Assembly: GCA_947085985.1 (NCBI GenBank)
Contig: CAMTYL010000004.1
Span: 1-59,546 of the forward strand
Source of the DNA: an uncultured bacterium
GTDB taxonomy: Bacteria; Patescibacteriota; Minisyncoccia; Phycocordibacterales; Phycocordibacteraceae
DNA: 59,546 bases
Reading direction: 5' to 3'
Shown here: one piece after another, positions 1 through 8,468 of the stretch
Position numbering within the stretch: position 1 is the stretch's first letter
Layout of the letters: every line of letters begins with the position of its first letter
Program-made: the position numbers and the translations under genes
Notes under the pieces: generated by a model
The model's input: only the letters and a program-made list of their open reading frames with translations
The model's database searches: none
Told to the model about the DNA's origin: nothing

Positions 1-1165
1 CCGCCATGTCCTCGACCAATCAACTCAGCTTCGGCGACGGCCTTCTGTCGCGCCGTTCCAAGTCCAGCCAGATCGCCGCGCACCTGCACAAGATCGATCA
101 GATTGTCGATTGGGTGCCGCTGGTCATGGCTGTGGCGGTCATCGACAAGACGGATCCGCGCACGGGCGGGCGCCCGAGGACCAACCCTCTGTGGATGATC
201 AAGGCCACCTTCCTGCAGGCGCTGTTCAGCCTGAGCGACCCACAGCTTGAGGACCAGCTCATCGACCGGCTCAGCTTCCAGCGTTTCGTGGGCATTCCGC
301 TGGATCAGCCGATCCCGGACTTCACCACGTTCTGGCGGTTCAAGCAGGCGCTGGCCGACCACGGGTTGGACTCTGCCATCTTCGATCTGGTCGGCTCGCA
401 GCTGCAAGCCAAGGGGTTGATCCTGCGCAAGGGCACCATCGTCGACGCGACGATCCTGCCCTCGTCGGGCCGGCCGCTGTCTGACGACAAGCGCCAGGAG
501 CTGGCCGACGAGCCGTCCGCTCAGATCGACACCGACGCGGACGCGACCAAGAAGGGAGGGCGCTATTATTTCGGGTACAAGGGGCATGTGGGCGTGGATG
601 TGGAGTCCAAGCTCATCCGCAAGGTGGGCTTCACCCCGGCCAGCGCCCACGACAGCACGCAGACCCAGGCGCTGGTCAGCGGGGATGAGAAGTCTCTGTT
701 CGGCGACAAGGCCTACTTCAATGGTGAGCACAAATACTCCGCGCGCACGCTGGGCTGGTATTACGGAGTGCTGGACAAGGCCACCCGCTCGAGCAGGCTC
801 TCCGGCTCGCAGAAGAAGCGCAATCGCCGCAACAGCCGGGTAAGGGCCGCCGTGGAGCATCCCTTCGCCTGGCTCAAGACCAAGGCGGGACTGGTGGCGA
901 TGAGGGCAAAAAACATGGCCCGCAATCGGCTGAGGTTCGTGCTTGCTTGCGTGGGATGGAACCTGTGCAGGGCCAAATTCCTACTTGAACGCGGAAGGAC
1001 CATGGGATTGGTGGCTCCATGAGAGGGCAAGTCGCCCCAAAACGGGCGGTTTTGAGCCCGATTCGGGCTTGTGGGAGGGGGTTTTTGCCTATTCAGGCAG
1101 AAAAACGAGGTCCGATCATCGGATCGGGTTCAAACAAAAGCTCGGAAATCGTATTTAACGAGATT
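1..1165 (+). mobile_element. Partial IS5-family insertion sequence; left end outside the window, right end approximate
   Basis: Single DDE transposase ORF begins 6 nt from the window edge. The GC-rich block ends abruptly around 1150-1170, where the sequence turns AT-rich. Terminal inverted repeats cannot be verified because the left end is missing. Confidence 0.5.
6..1022 (+). CDS. IS5/IS4-superfamily DDE transposase
   Basis: 338 aa. Blocks typical of DDE_Tnp_1 / IS5 transposases: IVDATI, YYFGYKGHVGVD, FGDKAY, VEHPFAWLK. Confidence 0.85.
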   Translation: MSSTNQLSFGDGLLSRRSKSSQIAAHLHKIDQIVDWVPLVMAVAVIDKTDPRTGGRPRTNPLWMIKATFLQALFSLSDPQLEDQLIDRLSFQRFVGIPLDQPIPDFTTFWRFKQALADHGLDSAIFDLVGSQLQAKGLILRKGTIVDATILPSSGRPLSDDKRQELADEPSAQIDTDADATKKGGRYYFGYKGHVGVDVESKLIRKVGFTPASAHDSTQTQALVSGDEKSLFGDKAYFNGEHKYSARTLGWYYGVLDKATRSSRLSGSQKKRNRRNSRVRAAVEHPFAWLKTKAGLVAMRAKNMARNRLRFVLACVGWNLCRAKFLLERGRTMGLVAP

Positions 1166-1173
1166 CCGAAAGG

Positions 1174-1503
1174 TTACTCAAAGGGTTCTATTATTGTTTC
1201 TGTTTCATATCCGCATGCACCAGGGCAAAATTTCTTAAAATAACTGAATGACGTATTCACAGAAACTAAATCAGCTGGTGCTTTAAAATATAATCCAAGA
1301 GTTTTTTTCTGATTCTTTGTTAACGCACCAATCGAGGCATAAATAAACCAGCTTGTATTCCAGGATTCAGCCACTACCCGTCTAGATGGATTCGACGTGT
1401 AGTCACGTTTCTCCACACGCTTCAATTCACTATTAATAGGATCACTTCCACCATACCCACCTGCTCCTCCAGAGCACTCTATGGAATCATCAAGTCGCAT
1501 CAC
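1174..1503 (-). CDS. hypothetical protein (AT-rich orphan block)
   Basis: 109-aa ORF, same strand and composition as the two ORFs upstream; no recognisable motif. Confidence 0.3.
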   Translation of the reverse strand: MMRLDDSIECSGGAGGYGGSDPINSELKRVEKRDYTSNPSRRVVAESWNTSWFIYASIGALTKNQKKTLGLYFKAPADLVSVNTSFSYFKKFCPGACGYETETIIEPFE

Positions 1504-1578
1504 TGGAGCAAAATGAACATCGGTTGTTGGGTCTAAGTAAGGGTCACTTTGAAGATCACAATCTAGAGAAATGTGTGA

Positions 1579-1860
1579 CTATGATGATTTGTACATGATG
1601 ACATCATCAACAAGTCTAGCCAAATAAGCATCGTTTAGTAGTATTGTAGGGTCGGATCCACCGACCCAAAAAACATACTCATGTGTTACTCTAAACATGC
1701 TACCCTCAATCCACACAAGCCCATGTTCATTCAGAATTGATGCGAAGTAATAATCCTCCACCATTTCAGCTGGATCTTCATCATATTCAGCAGTTCCAGC
1801 AATATTACCTTTGTACAAACGAATGGGATCATGCAGAACGCTGTTCGCGTATTTATACAT
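1579..1860 (-). CDS. hypothetical protein (AT-rich orphan block)
   Basis: 93-aa ORF starting 4 nt after the stop of ORF 1864-2136; no recognisable motif. Confidence 0.3.
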   Translation of the reverse strand: MYKYANSVLHDPIRLYKGNIAGTAEYDEDPAEMVEDYYFASILNEHGLVWIEGSMFRVTHEYVFWVGGSDPTILLNDAYLARLVDDVIMYKSS

Positions 1861-1863
1861 CGA

Positions 1864-2136
1864 TCAATATCCATCTTTCTCGACTAAGCTTTGAAAATGA
1901 TCAAGCGTGAGTCCATTGTCAAACTCAGACAACAAGTTGGACAAATCGCCCATCGTATCAAAAACAAGAATTCCATCTTTAATTACTGGGAGTTTGATTG
2001 AAGCAATCGCCTGGCTTGAATCTTGTTGCCGAACCAAATCGCAAGCGGTTGAACTGATCCACAGGACGAGAAACATGATGGAAAGATATCTGGCCCTTTT
2101 GTTTCTGAGTAAAGGTGTGATTGATGGTGTGATCAT
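1864..2136 (-). CDS. hypothetical secreted protein or lipoprotein
   Basis: 90 aa. N-terminal basic stretch, hydrophobic helix and Cys (LVLWISSTAC) resemble a signal/lipobox. Confidence 0.35.
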   Translation of the reverse strand: MITPSITPLLRNKRARYLSIMFLVLWISSTACDLVRQQDSSQAIASIKLPVIKDGILVFDTMGDLSNLLSEFDNGLTLDHFQSLVEKDGY

Positions 2137-2430
2137 AACAGAATAGATAGAATGAAATGAGGGTTTAAAAAAGGTCCCTTTTCTTAATGATCACGACAGT
2201 ATCGAAATGTTACAGCACTTTATAACTTTATTTAGTTATACTGTCCGCAAGTAACACTTTTGATAGGATAATCAGTCTCTATTTCATGGAATAGGTGATT
2301 TTATTGCGAGAATTTTCGGTAATTGCACAGATTCAACAGTTTTTTACTTAAACGTGACGCAATGGTGAAATCTCATTCTTCCGACTTACATCTTCCTACT
2401 TCGGCCTTTTGACTTCCTACTTCTGACTTC

Positions 2431-2787
2431 CTACGTCTCAGCAAACACGCCCGCTAAAAACAGGATATGCGCGTCGAGCTCGGATCCGATGAGCTCCGCG
2501 CCGAGGCGGATGTCGTCACGGCTCACCGCCGCCGCGAACTTCGGATCTTTCAGTTTCTTGGTGACGGATTTCGCCGACATCCCGACAAATCCTTCCGGAC
2601 GCATCAATGACACCGCGTGCATGAATCCGCTGAGTTCATCGCACGCAAACAGATAGTGCTCGATCTCGGTTTCGGGGTGCTTGCCCGTCCTCTCCGGCGC
2701 GTGGGCCTTGATCGCATCCAACACCTCATCCCACAGGCCACGGCCAGGTAAGATCTGAGTCAGCGCGTAGGTCCGCGTTGGGCTGGG
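2431..2787 (-). pseudogene. 5'-truncated remnant of an HD-domain phosphohydrolase gene (C-terminal half only)
   Basis: The translation matches the C-terminal part of small HD/HDIG proteins (FACDELSGF, KKLKDPKFAA). The frame is open only back to a TGA at 2788-2790. The H..HD metal motif region is absent, and space upstream is taken by the crtI 3' end at 2867. Confidence 0.55.
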
Positions 2788-2826
2788 TCATCGGGATGTT
2801 GTTTGTTGCTTGTTGTGGTCTGCAAG

Positions 2827-2864
2827 TTCAACATTCAACATTCAACATTCAACATTCAACATTC
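2827..2864. repeat. Tandem heptanucleotide repeat (TTCAACA) x 5.4
   Basis: Read directly: ttcaaca repeated five times plus ttc, located between the crtI stop and the HD-gene remnant. Confidence 0.95.
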
Positions 2865-2866
2865 TC

Positions 2867-4351
2867 TTACCGAAGGTCTTCATCCACCAGCTTCTCCGCG
2901 ATGATCGAGCTCGACAACACGCCCGGCAAGCCCGCGCCTGGGTGCGTCCCGGCGCCGACGAAGTACAAGCGCTCGACATCTTCGCTTCGGTTGTGCGGCC
3001 TGAACCACGCGCTCTGCGTGAGTACAGGCTCCACGGAGAACGCCGATCCGAGATAACTGTTGAGGTCGTTCTGAAAGTGCAAAGGATCGATATGATGCTC
3101 GGCCACGATATTTGCCTGCAAATCGGGCAGGTAATTTTCTTCCAGGAAATTCATGATGCGGTCGCGGTAGGTCTTTGCAAACACTTTCCAATCCGTTCCT
3201 GATGCCAAGTGCGGCACCGGTGAGAGTACGTAAAACGCTTCTCCCCCATCCGGCGCCATCGACGGATCAGTGTATGTCGGCATGTGCAGATACAGTGAGA
3301 AATCATCCGCGACATGCTTCTTATGGAAGATGTCGGTGAGCAGGTCTTTGTAGCGCGGACCCAGAATGATGTTGTGATGTTTCAGCTTGGTATCGTTGTA
3401 ACGCTTCTTCGTTCCGAAGTAAATCACGAAGAGTGACATGCTGTAACGCATGCTTTTCACTTTCCGGTCGGTGTATTTGCGACGATGCTCCGGCTTAATG
3501 AGGTTCAGATATGTGAAGGGCACATCCGCATTGGACACAACGGCATCCGCGTCCAGTTTCTCGCCGGATTTGAGCATCACGCCGCGTGCGCGTCCGCCGG
3601 AAACGAGAATTTCGGCGACTTCCTGCTCATAATGGAATTTACCGCCCATGTCTTCGATGAGCTTCACGAGGGCGTTGATGATGGCGCCGGTTCCACCCAT
3701 GGCATAATGCACACCCCACTCACGCTCCAGATAATGGATCATCGCATAGATGGAGGTGGTGTCGAACGGGTTTCCGCCCACAAGCAGCGGATGAAATGAG
3801 AAGCACTGACGCAGAAAGTCGTTCTTCACAAAGCTGCTCACGTAGCTGTACACCGATTTGTACGACTGCAACTTGATGAGGTCGGGCGCCACGCGCATCA
3901 TATCCATGACCTTGAGGAAGGGCTGGTCGGCGAGCTCCACGAATCCTTTTTGGAAAATGGCTTTCGTGGTCTTGATGAAATCGAGATACCCCTGTTTGTC
4001 GTCAGGGTTCCATTTGTCGATCTCACCCAAGGTGAAGGCTTCATCACCGTTGTAATCAAATTGGCGACCTTCGTGATTGAAGATTCGGTAGAAAGGATCA
4101 CAAGGCACGAAAGTGATGTAATCTTCGCGCTTTTTACCGGCCAATGCGAAAAGATCATCGAACATGAACGGGGCGGTGATCACGGTTGGACCTCCATCGA
4201 ACTTGAATCCGTTCACATCATAGACATAGCCACGTCCGCCGGGTTTGTCGCGTTTCTCATAGATATCGACGGAATAGCCTTTGGCCAAGAGACGGACTGC
4301 GGCTCCAAGGGCGCCGAAACCCGAGCCAATGATGATAATGTGCTTTTTCAT
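2867..4351 (-). CDS. crtI: phytoene desaturase (CrtI family FAD-dependent oxidoreductase)
   Basis: 494 aa. N-terminal dinucleotide fold [17 protein letters not shown], end-to-end CrtI-like blocks ([43 protein letters not shown]). Confidence 0.9.
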   Translation of the reverse strand: MKKHIIIIGSGFGALGAAVRLLAKGYSVDIYEKRDKPGGRGYVYDVNGFKFDGGPTVITAPFMFDDLFALAGKKREDYITFVPCDPFYRIFNHEGRQFDYNGDEAFTLGEIDKWNPDDKQGYLDFIKTTKAIFQKGFVELADQPFLKVMDMMRVAPDLIKLQSYKSVYSYVSSFVKNDFLRQCFSFHPLLVGGNPFDTTSIYAMIHYLEREWGVHYAMGGTGAIINALVKLIEDMGGKFHYEQEVAEILVSGGRARGVMLKSGEKLDADAVVSNADVPFTYLNLIKPEHRRKYTDRKVKSMRYSMSLFVIYFGTKKRYNDTKLKHHNIILGPRYKDLLTDIFHKKHVADDFSLYLHMPTYTDPSMAPDGGEAFYVLSPVPHLASGTDWKVFAKTYRDRIMNFLEENYLPDLQANIVAEHHIDPLHFQNDLNSYLGSAFSVEPVLTQSAWFRPHNRSEDVERLYFVGAGTHPGAGLPGVLSSSIIAEKLVDEDLR

Positions 4352-4384
4352 GGTGTATCCAACAAGATACGCACCACGATTCGT

Positions 4385-4993
4385 TCAATTCTGAACCTGT
4401 TTCACAAATCCGTCGATTCCCTGCCTTTTCAGCTCTTCCATCGCTTCCTGGGCCTGCTCCCGATTGCCATATCGACCCACCATGACGCGATAGACACGCT
4501 GTCCGTCGACACGCGCCGGAAGCACCCATCCGCCTCTGAGCTCATTCGCTCGCGCTCTGGCCGCGTCAGGATTGGCAAGCGACGCGACTTGCACACCGAA
4601 GATCTCCCGACTCAGGTCGCCCATGATCGGCCTTTCGGAATGCAACACTTCGATCAGAACCCGAGCCGTTCCAGCCGAGATCATCGACACTTCCTGTGCC
4701 GCTGCGCGAGAAAGATCGATCACCCGGCCACGCTTGTAGGGCCCGCGATCGTTGATGCGTACCGTCACTTGTTTGCCGTTGTCGAGATTCGTGACACGTA
4801 CCACCGTGTTGAAAGGCAGAGTTTTGTGCGCGGCAGTCAATTCATTCTGATTATACACCTCGCCGTTGGCCGTCCGTTTTCCGTGGAAATCGGGTCCATA
4901 CCAGCTCGCCATTCCGCTTTCCGTAATTCGTTTCGTGCTCGCGCACGCTCCGAAAACGAACATCGATATCAAGGCAAAGACGATAACTCTCAT
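4385..4993 (-). CDS. rlpA: septal ring lytic transglycosylase RlpA family protein (DPBB + C-terminal SPOR domain)
   Basis: Signal peptide with Cys. DPBB block GMASWYGPDFHGKRTANGEVY...RVTNLDNGKQVTVRINDRGPY. SPOR-like C-terminus (FGVQVASL...YRVMVGRYGNREQAQ). Confidence 0.85.
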   Translation of the reverse strand: MRVIVFALISMFVFGACASTKRITESGMASWYGPDFHGKRTANGEVYNQNELTAAHKTLPFNTVVRVTNLDNGKQVTVRINDRGPYKRGRVIDLSRAAAQEVSMISAGTARVLIEVLHSERPIMGDLSREIFGVQVASLANPDAARARANELRGGWVLPARVDGQRVYRVMVGRYGNREQAQEAMEELKRQGIDGFVKQVQN

Positions 4994-4999
4994 GTGTTA

Positions 5000-6172
5000 T
5001 TAGTCGACTCGTACAATAAAAACATCAAGATACTGCGTTTCAGGCATCGACGGAAGTATCGGATGGTCGGCGGGTTGTCCGCCTCTGTGCACGAGTTGGA
5101 TCTCACGGCCCAACAGATTCGCCGCGACATGAAGGGAATCGAAAAACCGATCCGCCTCGATGTGGTGCGAGCATGTCGCCGTGCATAGAATTCCGCCCGG
5201 CTTGAGAACCTTCAGCGCCGCCTCGTGCAATTTCTGATACCCTTTCAACGCCGCTCCGGCCATTTTCTTATTCTTCGCAAAGCCAGGGGGATCCAAATTC
5301 ACCACATCGTACAATTTCCCATCGGTCTGTTTCGGCAACCATTCCATGATATCGTGCGATTCGAAGCGGATACCGTTCAACCCGTTCAGTGTCATGTTCT
5401 CTTTCGCGCGCTCAAGGGCGGGTTTGGATGAATCCACCGCGAGGATGTCGGTCGCACCGGCTTTTGCGGCATGAAGCGCGAAGCCGCCATCGTTGCAGAA
5501 GGCGTCCAGTACAGAATCGCCCGGACGCACAAACTGCCTGAAATTCCATCGGTTTTCGCGCTGATCGAGATAAAATCCGGTTTTTTGTCCGTCAAGCAGA
5601 TGAACTTTGTAGGTGATGTCGTACTCGGTGATCATCACAGGATCTGGCTGCTCTTTACCCTTGATGACCTTCACGTAAGATTCGAGTCCTTCGAGCGCCC
5701 GCAGGCCGGAATCGTTTTTCAGAATGATGGTTTCCGGATGGAGATGCTCTTCGACCGCGGCCACGATCCAATCCAAATGCCGCTCGGCGCCGGCGCAGAC
5801 GATTTGGATGACGACCGCCGTATCGAATCGGTCGATCACAAGCCCGGGCAGACCGTCGGCTTCGCTATGGGCCACACGATAGGCGTTGGCTTGCGGATAG
5901 CGTCTGGAACGAAGCTCGAGCGCCGTGCAGATGCGGTCGGAATAGAACGCTGCCTCGGGAACGCTGCGTTCATAGGTGAGGATGCGGCCGGCGATGAGGG
6001 AATGCGGATGATAATACGCGTAGCCAAGATGGTGGCCATCCGTGCGCCGCACCTGAACGATTTCGCCGACTTCCGGTTGTCCTTTGATCTCAGCGATCTC
6101 GTTGCTGAAAATCCATTTGTGTCCGGTGGCTAAGCGGCGGTCCCGTTTCGGGTGGAGCTGTATAAAATTCAT
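5000..6172 (-). CDS. class I SAM-dependent rRNA (cytosine-C5) methyltransferase, RlmI-like (PUA + MTase)
   Basis: 390 aa. N-terminal PUA-like region, SAM motif VLDAFCNDGGFALHAA, catalytic-loop VVNLDPPGFAK, conserved Cys (LCTATCSHH). Confidence 0.8.
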   Translation of the reverse strand: MNFIQLHPKRDRRLATGHKWIFSNEIAEIKGQPEVGEIVQVRRTDGHHLGYAYYHPHSLIAGRILTYERSVPEAAFYSDRICTALELRSRRYPQANAYRVAHSEADGLPGLVIDRFDTAVVIQIVCAGAERHLDWIVAAVEEHLHPETIILKNDSGLRALEGLESYVKVIKGKEQPDPVMITEYDITYKVHLLDGQKTGFYLDQRENRWNFRQFVRPGDSVLDAFCNDGGFALHAAKAGATDILAVDSSKPALERAKENMTLNGLNGIRFESHDIMEWLPKQTDGKLYDVVNLDPPGFAKNKKMAGAALKGYQKLHEAALKVLKPGGILCTATCSHHIEADRFFDSLHVAANLLGREIQLVHRGGQPADHPILPSMPETQYLDVFIVRVD

Positions 6173-6243
6173 AGTGCGGAAAGATACCGCTTATTTGGAT
6201 GCGGGACGGAGACCGCCTCCATCCCGCATGATGCTCCCGGCGG

Positions 6244-6594
6244 TCAGGCTTTATCCGAATAGAAGAAAGCTGCCCCAGCGATGATGATCGCTTTGAGCAT
6301 ATCGCCCAACTGCATCTCATCGCCTGCTAAAAAGAACCTCAGATGGACGAGGAACGCGAAGACCAACATCATCACTCCCAACCAGAACGCCGCTTGCTTG
6401 GCGTGTTTGTTCAGGATGATGGCGGCGGATGCGGCGATATGGGCGGCGCCGGTCAGATAGACCCATATCGCTCCACCGGGTAGAAAGGATGGAATAGCCC
6501 CAGCCATGACATCGGCCATCATGAAATGCATCAGACCGAATACTGCGAATGGTAACGCGAAGATATACTTCGCCTGTTTGGTGATTATATCCAT
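6244..6594 (-). CDS. small integral membrane protein, DoxX-like
   Basis: 116 aa with four hydrophobic helices; weak resemblance to the DoxX family. Confidence 0.45.
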   Translation of the reverse strand: MDIITKQAKYIFALPFAVFGLMHFMMADVMAGAIPSFLPGGAIWVYLTGAAHIAASAAIILNKHAKQAAFWLGVMMLVFAFLVHLRFFLAGDEMQLGDMLKAIIIAGAAFFYSDKA

Positions 6595-6704
6595 TGCAAC
6601 TGACTCCTAAGATTATGTTTACAATGCGGTTGCCTGTCTGAAATGACAACGCCCCGCTTCCCAAATGTAGGGAAAAGGGGCGTTGAATTTCAACCTTCAC
6701 TCAG

Positions 6705-6777
6705 AGCCGAAGATCGGACTTGAACCGACGACCTATTCATTACGAGTGAATTGCTCTACCAACTGAGCTACTTCGGC
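6705..6777 (-). tRNA. tRNA-Thr (anticodon CGU)
   Basis: The reverse complement folds as a cloverleaf: acceptor GCCGAAG/CTTCGGC, D arm GCTC..GAGC, anticodon arm ATTCA-CTCGTAA-TGAAT, T arm with GGTTCAAGTCC. CCA not encoded. Confidence 0.9.
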
Positions 6778-6810
6778 ACGATTGCAGTTTACATAAAAAT
6801 TCATGAGCCG

Positions 6811-6841
6811 CAAAGCAAAAGGCGTCGCCGTAGCGACGCCC
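6811..6841 (-). terminator. rho-independent terminator
   Basis: 8-bp GC stem ggcgtcgc/gcgacgcc with a 4-nt loop, followed on the minus strand by TTTTGCTTTG. It lies downstream of the small ORF ending at 6885. Confidence 0.6.
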
Positions 6842-6884
6842 TTCATATCAAGGACTGAGAAGTTCCCAGACCCTGAAGATGTGT

Positions 6885-7031
6885 CTAGCTCGGAGGCTTA
6901 GACGGTTTGGTTCCCGCCTTCCTCTCAGGGGTAGTTGGCGGTGCGGCGCCGACGTTCTGGTGCGGCCGAAGCGGCACATCGGTACCATTGAAAGGTTTCC
7001 GGGGTGTTTTGTGCTCAACGGTTTCAGTCAT
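6885..7031 (-). CDS. small hypothetical protein (48 aa, Pro/Lys-rich)
   Basis: Internal ATG of track ORF 6885-7196. The longer version overlaps the tRNA and its terminator. A terminator follows the stop. Confidence 0.25.
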   Translation of the reverse strand: MTETVEHKTPRKPFNGTDVPLRPHQNVGAAPPTTPERKAGTKPSKPPS

Positions 7032-7116
7032 CTGGCCCTCTGCTGAACTTTTCGCGCCACTTTGACGCGAAAGTTCTACATTGAACCTTGAGGGCCATTT
7101 TGTAAAGTGTAAATAC

Positions 7117-7146
7117 AAAAAGCTCTGTGTATACACAGAGCTTTTT
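7117..7146. terminator. bidirectional rho-independent terminator (perfect palindrome)
   Basis: aaaaagctctgtgta/tacacagagcttttt, immediately 3' of tRNA-Thr(GGU) on the minus strand. Confidence 0.75.
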
Positions 7147-7154
7147 GCTATTTG

Positions 7155-7226
7155 AGCCGATGGGCAGAATTGAACTGCCGACCTACTCCTTACCATGGAG
7201 TTGCTCTACCCCTGAGCTACATCGGC
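7155..7226 (-). tRNA. tRNA-Thr (anticodon GGU)
   Basis: Reverse complement: acceptor GCCGATG/CATCGGC, D arm GCTC..GAGC, anticodon arm ACTCC-ATGGTAA-GGAGT, T arm GGCAG-TTCAATT-CTGCC. Confidence 0.9.
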
Positions 7227-7435
7227 GAGTGAGTAAGAATGGAATTCTGCATGTCTTCATGCAAGATTCCATTCGACACGAACGAGCTCCGATGAAAGCA
7301 ATCCGAGTCTGCGAGGACTTGCTTACAGCGGTCTTGCGTCCGTCCTGGTACCCAAGAAACAGTCCCCCGAAGAGGACCTCCGTATGGTAAACGAAAACCC
7401 CTAATAATTCAATTTATAGCTAAGGGCCCTAAGGA

Positions 7436-7948
7436 TTAACCCGCGTAAGAGAACAGAAGGTATCCAGCAATGCCAATAATCATTATGATGGTGGTCGTGA
7501 TTTTGAGCCTCTCCGACTTACTGGCTAGTAGTGAAAGACCTGCAGCTACAACGAAAACAAAAATCGCGGGGATCGCAAGTACGGTAAGGCCATCTATTGA
7601 AATATCTCTTTCTAGATCGAGCAGAAGTGGTAGTGCGGTGTAGAGTGCCGAAAGCGCAAAACCAATACAAAGTGTAGGAAAGATCACAATGTACTCTTTA
7701 CGTACTAGAAAGAATAAAGACGCGACGATAAAAACAACGGTGACACTAGCACCGAACACGTGAAGTAAGGGGTAGTTCAGATTTTGTATCTCCAGTAGAT
7801 TCAATGGGAGAATGAAGAATTGTGTTACAGCAGGCATCACACCGAATATAAAGACTGGAATTGCTAGGAATACTGGGGAAAAGAATTCAAACATGAGCAT
7901 ATGATACCACTGGGTCAATCGTATTAGTCTCAAGAACGCGCCCGACAC
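7436..7948 (-). CDS. polytopic membrane protein, unknown function
   Basis: 170 aa, about five hydrophobic helices; no motif recognised. Confidence 0.45.
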   Translation of the reverse strand: MSGAFLRLIRLTQWYHMLMFEFFSPVFLAIPVFIFGVMPAVTQFFILPLNLLEIQNLNYPLLHVFGASVTVVFIVASLFFLVRKEYIVIFPTLCIGFALSALYTALPLLLDLERDISIDGLTVLAIPAIFVFVVAAGLSLLASKSERLKITTTIIMIIGIAGYLLFSYAG

Positions 7949-8049
7949 TTCGGAAAAACTTTACTTTTGTGACCCTGAAGAAGGACTCTATGCGCCTAGT
8001 TGCTCATTCGTTATAATTAGAACCATACTACTCTCGCTACCGTACATCT

Positions 8050-8337
8050 ATGAACTGCCCGACTTGTAATGTGAACCTCTTGATTACTGAGCGACAAGGA
8101 ATTGAGATTGATTATTGTCAGAAATGCCGTGGCGTCTGGCTTGACCGAGGAGAGCTAGACAAGCTTATAGAGCGCGCGAGCTTTGCACCTACAGCTGGAG
8201 CACCAAGTCCATCGCCGGTCGCTCGCCACACTGACCACGACGATGACGACAATAGATTCCGGCATCCAAAAGAAACAGGATATGGAAAGGGGTCAAAACG
8301 CGAGAGTCCAATTGCCGACCTTTTTGACTTCTTTTAG
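8050..8337 (+). CDS. TFIIB-type zinc-ribbon domain protein
   Basis: CPTC..x..CQKC zinc ribbon followed by GVWLDRGELDKL, characteristic of zf-TFIIB small proteins; a terminator follows. Confidence 0.7.
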   Translation: MNCPTCNVNLLITERQGIEIDYCQKCRGVWLDRGELDKLIERASFAPTAGAPSPSPVARHTDHDDDDNRFRHPKETGYGKGSKRESPIADLFDFF

Positions 8338-8352
8338 AAGGAGCACCTAAAC

Positions 8353-8381
8353 AAAAAGACCGCCTCCGTGGCGGTTTTTTG
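8353..8381 (+). terminator. rho-independent terminator
   Basis: accgcc-tccgt-ggcggt stem-loop followed by a T-run. Confidence 0.7.
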
Positions 8382-8468
8382 TTTTCTGGGAGTTGGTACC
8401 ATGGCGTGCGACTTAGTAGACACTGCCTACACTGCATCTTTCTACTGAATCGTGCTGTTGTAGTAGAT

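Noticed and set aside
1174-2136. Three AT-rich ORFs read as one frameshifted pseudogene
   Set aside because: The first two are separated by a clean stop and restart 4 nt apart, and the third by 75 nt. I cannot recognise any homology spanning the breaks, so they are kept as separate low-confidence ORFs.
2827-2864. Possible CRISPR array or other spaced repeats
   Set aside because: The repeat is a contiguous 7-nt tandem tract without spacers. I saw no repeat-spacer architecture anywhere in the window and no cas genes.
3950-5188. 412-aa plus-strand ORF, and several others of 100-260 aa (for example 5471-6133, 37129-37920, 39621-40175, 41460-42080, 42896-43618, 14460-14924)
   Set aside because: All lie antisense to, or out of frame within, strongly supported genes (crtI/rlpA, rlmI-like, malic enzyme, recG, ftsH, smpB/ssrA). 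Their low-complexity Arg/Ser/Pro-rich translations are typical of shadow ORFs.
7032-7196. Long version of ORF 6885-7196
   Set aside because: Its N-terminal part runs across tRNA-Thr(GGU) and its palindromic terminator. Only the short internal-Met version is retained, at low confidence.
7238-7275. Long hairpin gaatggaat..tgcatg-tctt-catgca..attccattc as a possible riboswitch or sRNA
   Set aside because: It is a simple imperfect palindrome with no flanking conserved elements that I can recognise. It is most likely a terminator or transcriptional insulator between gene 7436-7948 and the tRNA.
8379-8468. N-terminal 30-aa extension of glmS, and a possible glmS ribozyme upstream
   Set aside because: GlmS must begin with Met-Cys (MCGIVGY at 8469). 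Only about 88 nt remain between the upstream terminator and the start, which is too short for a glmS ribozyme, and I saw no matching core.
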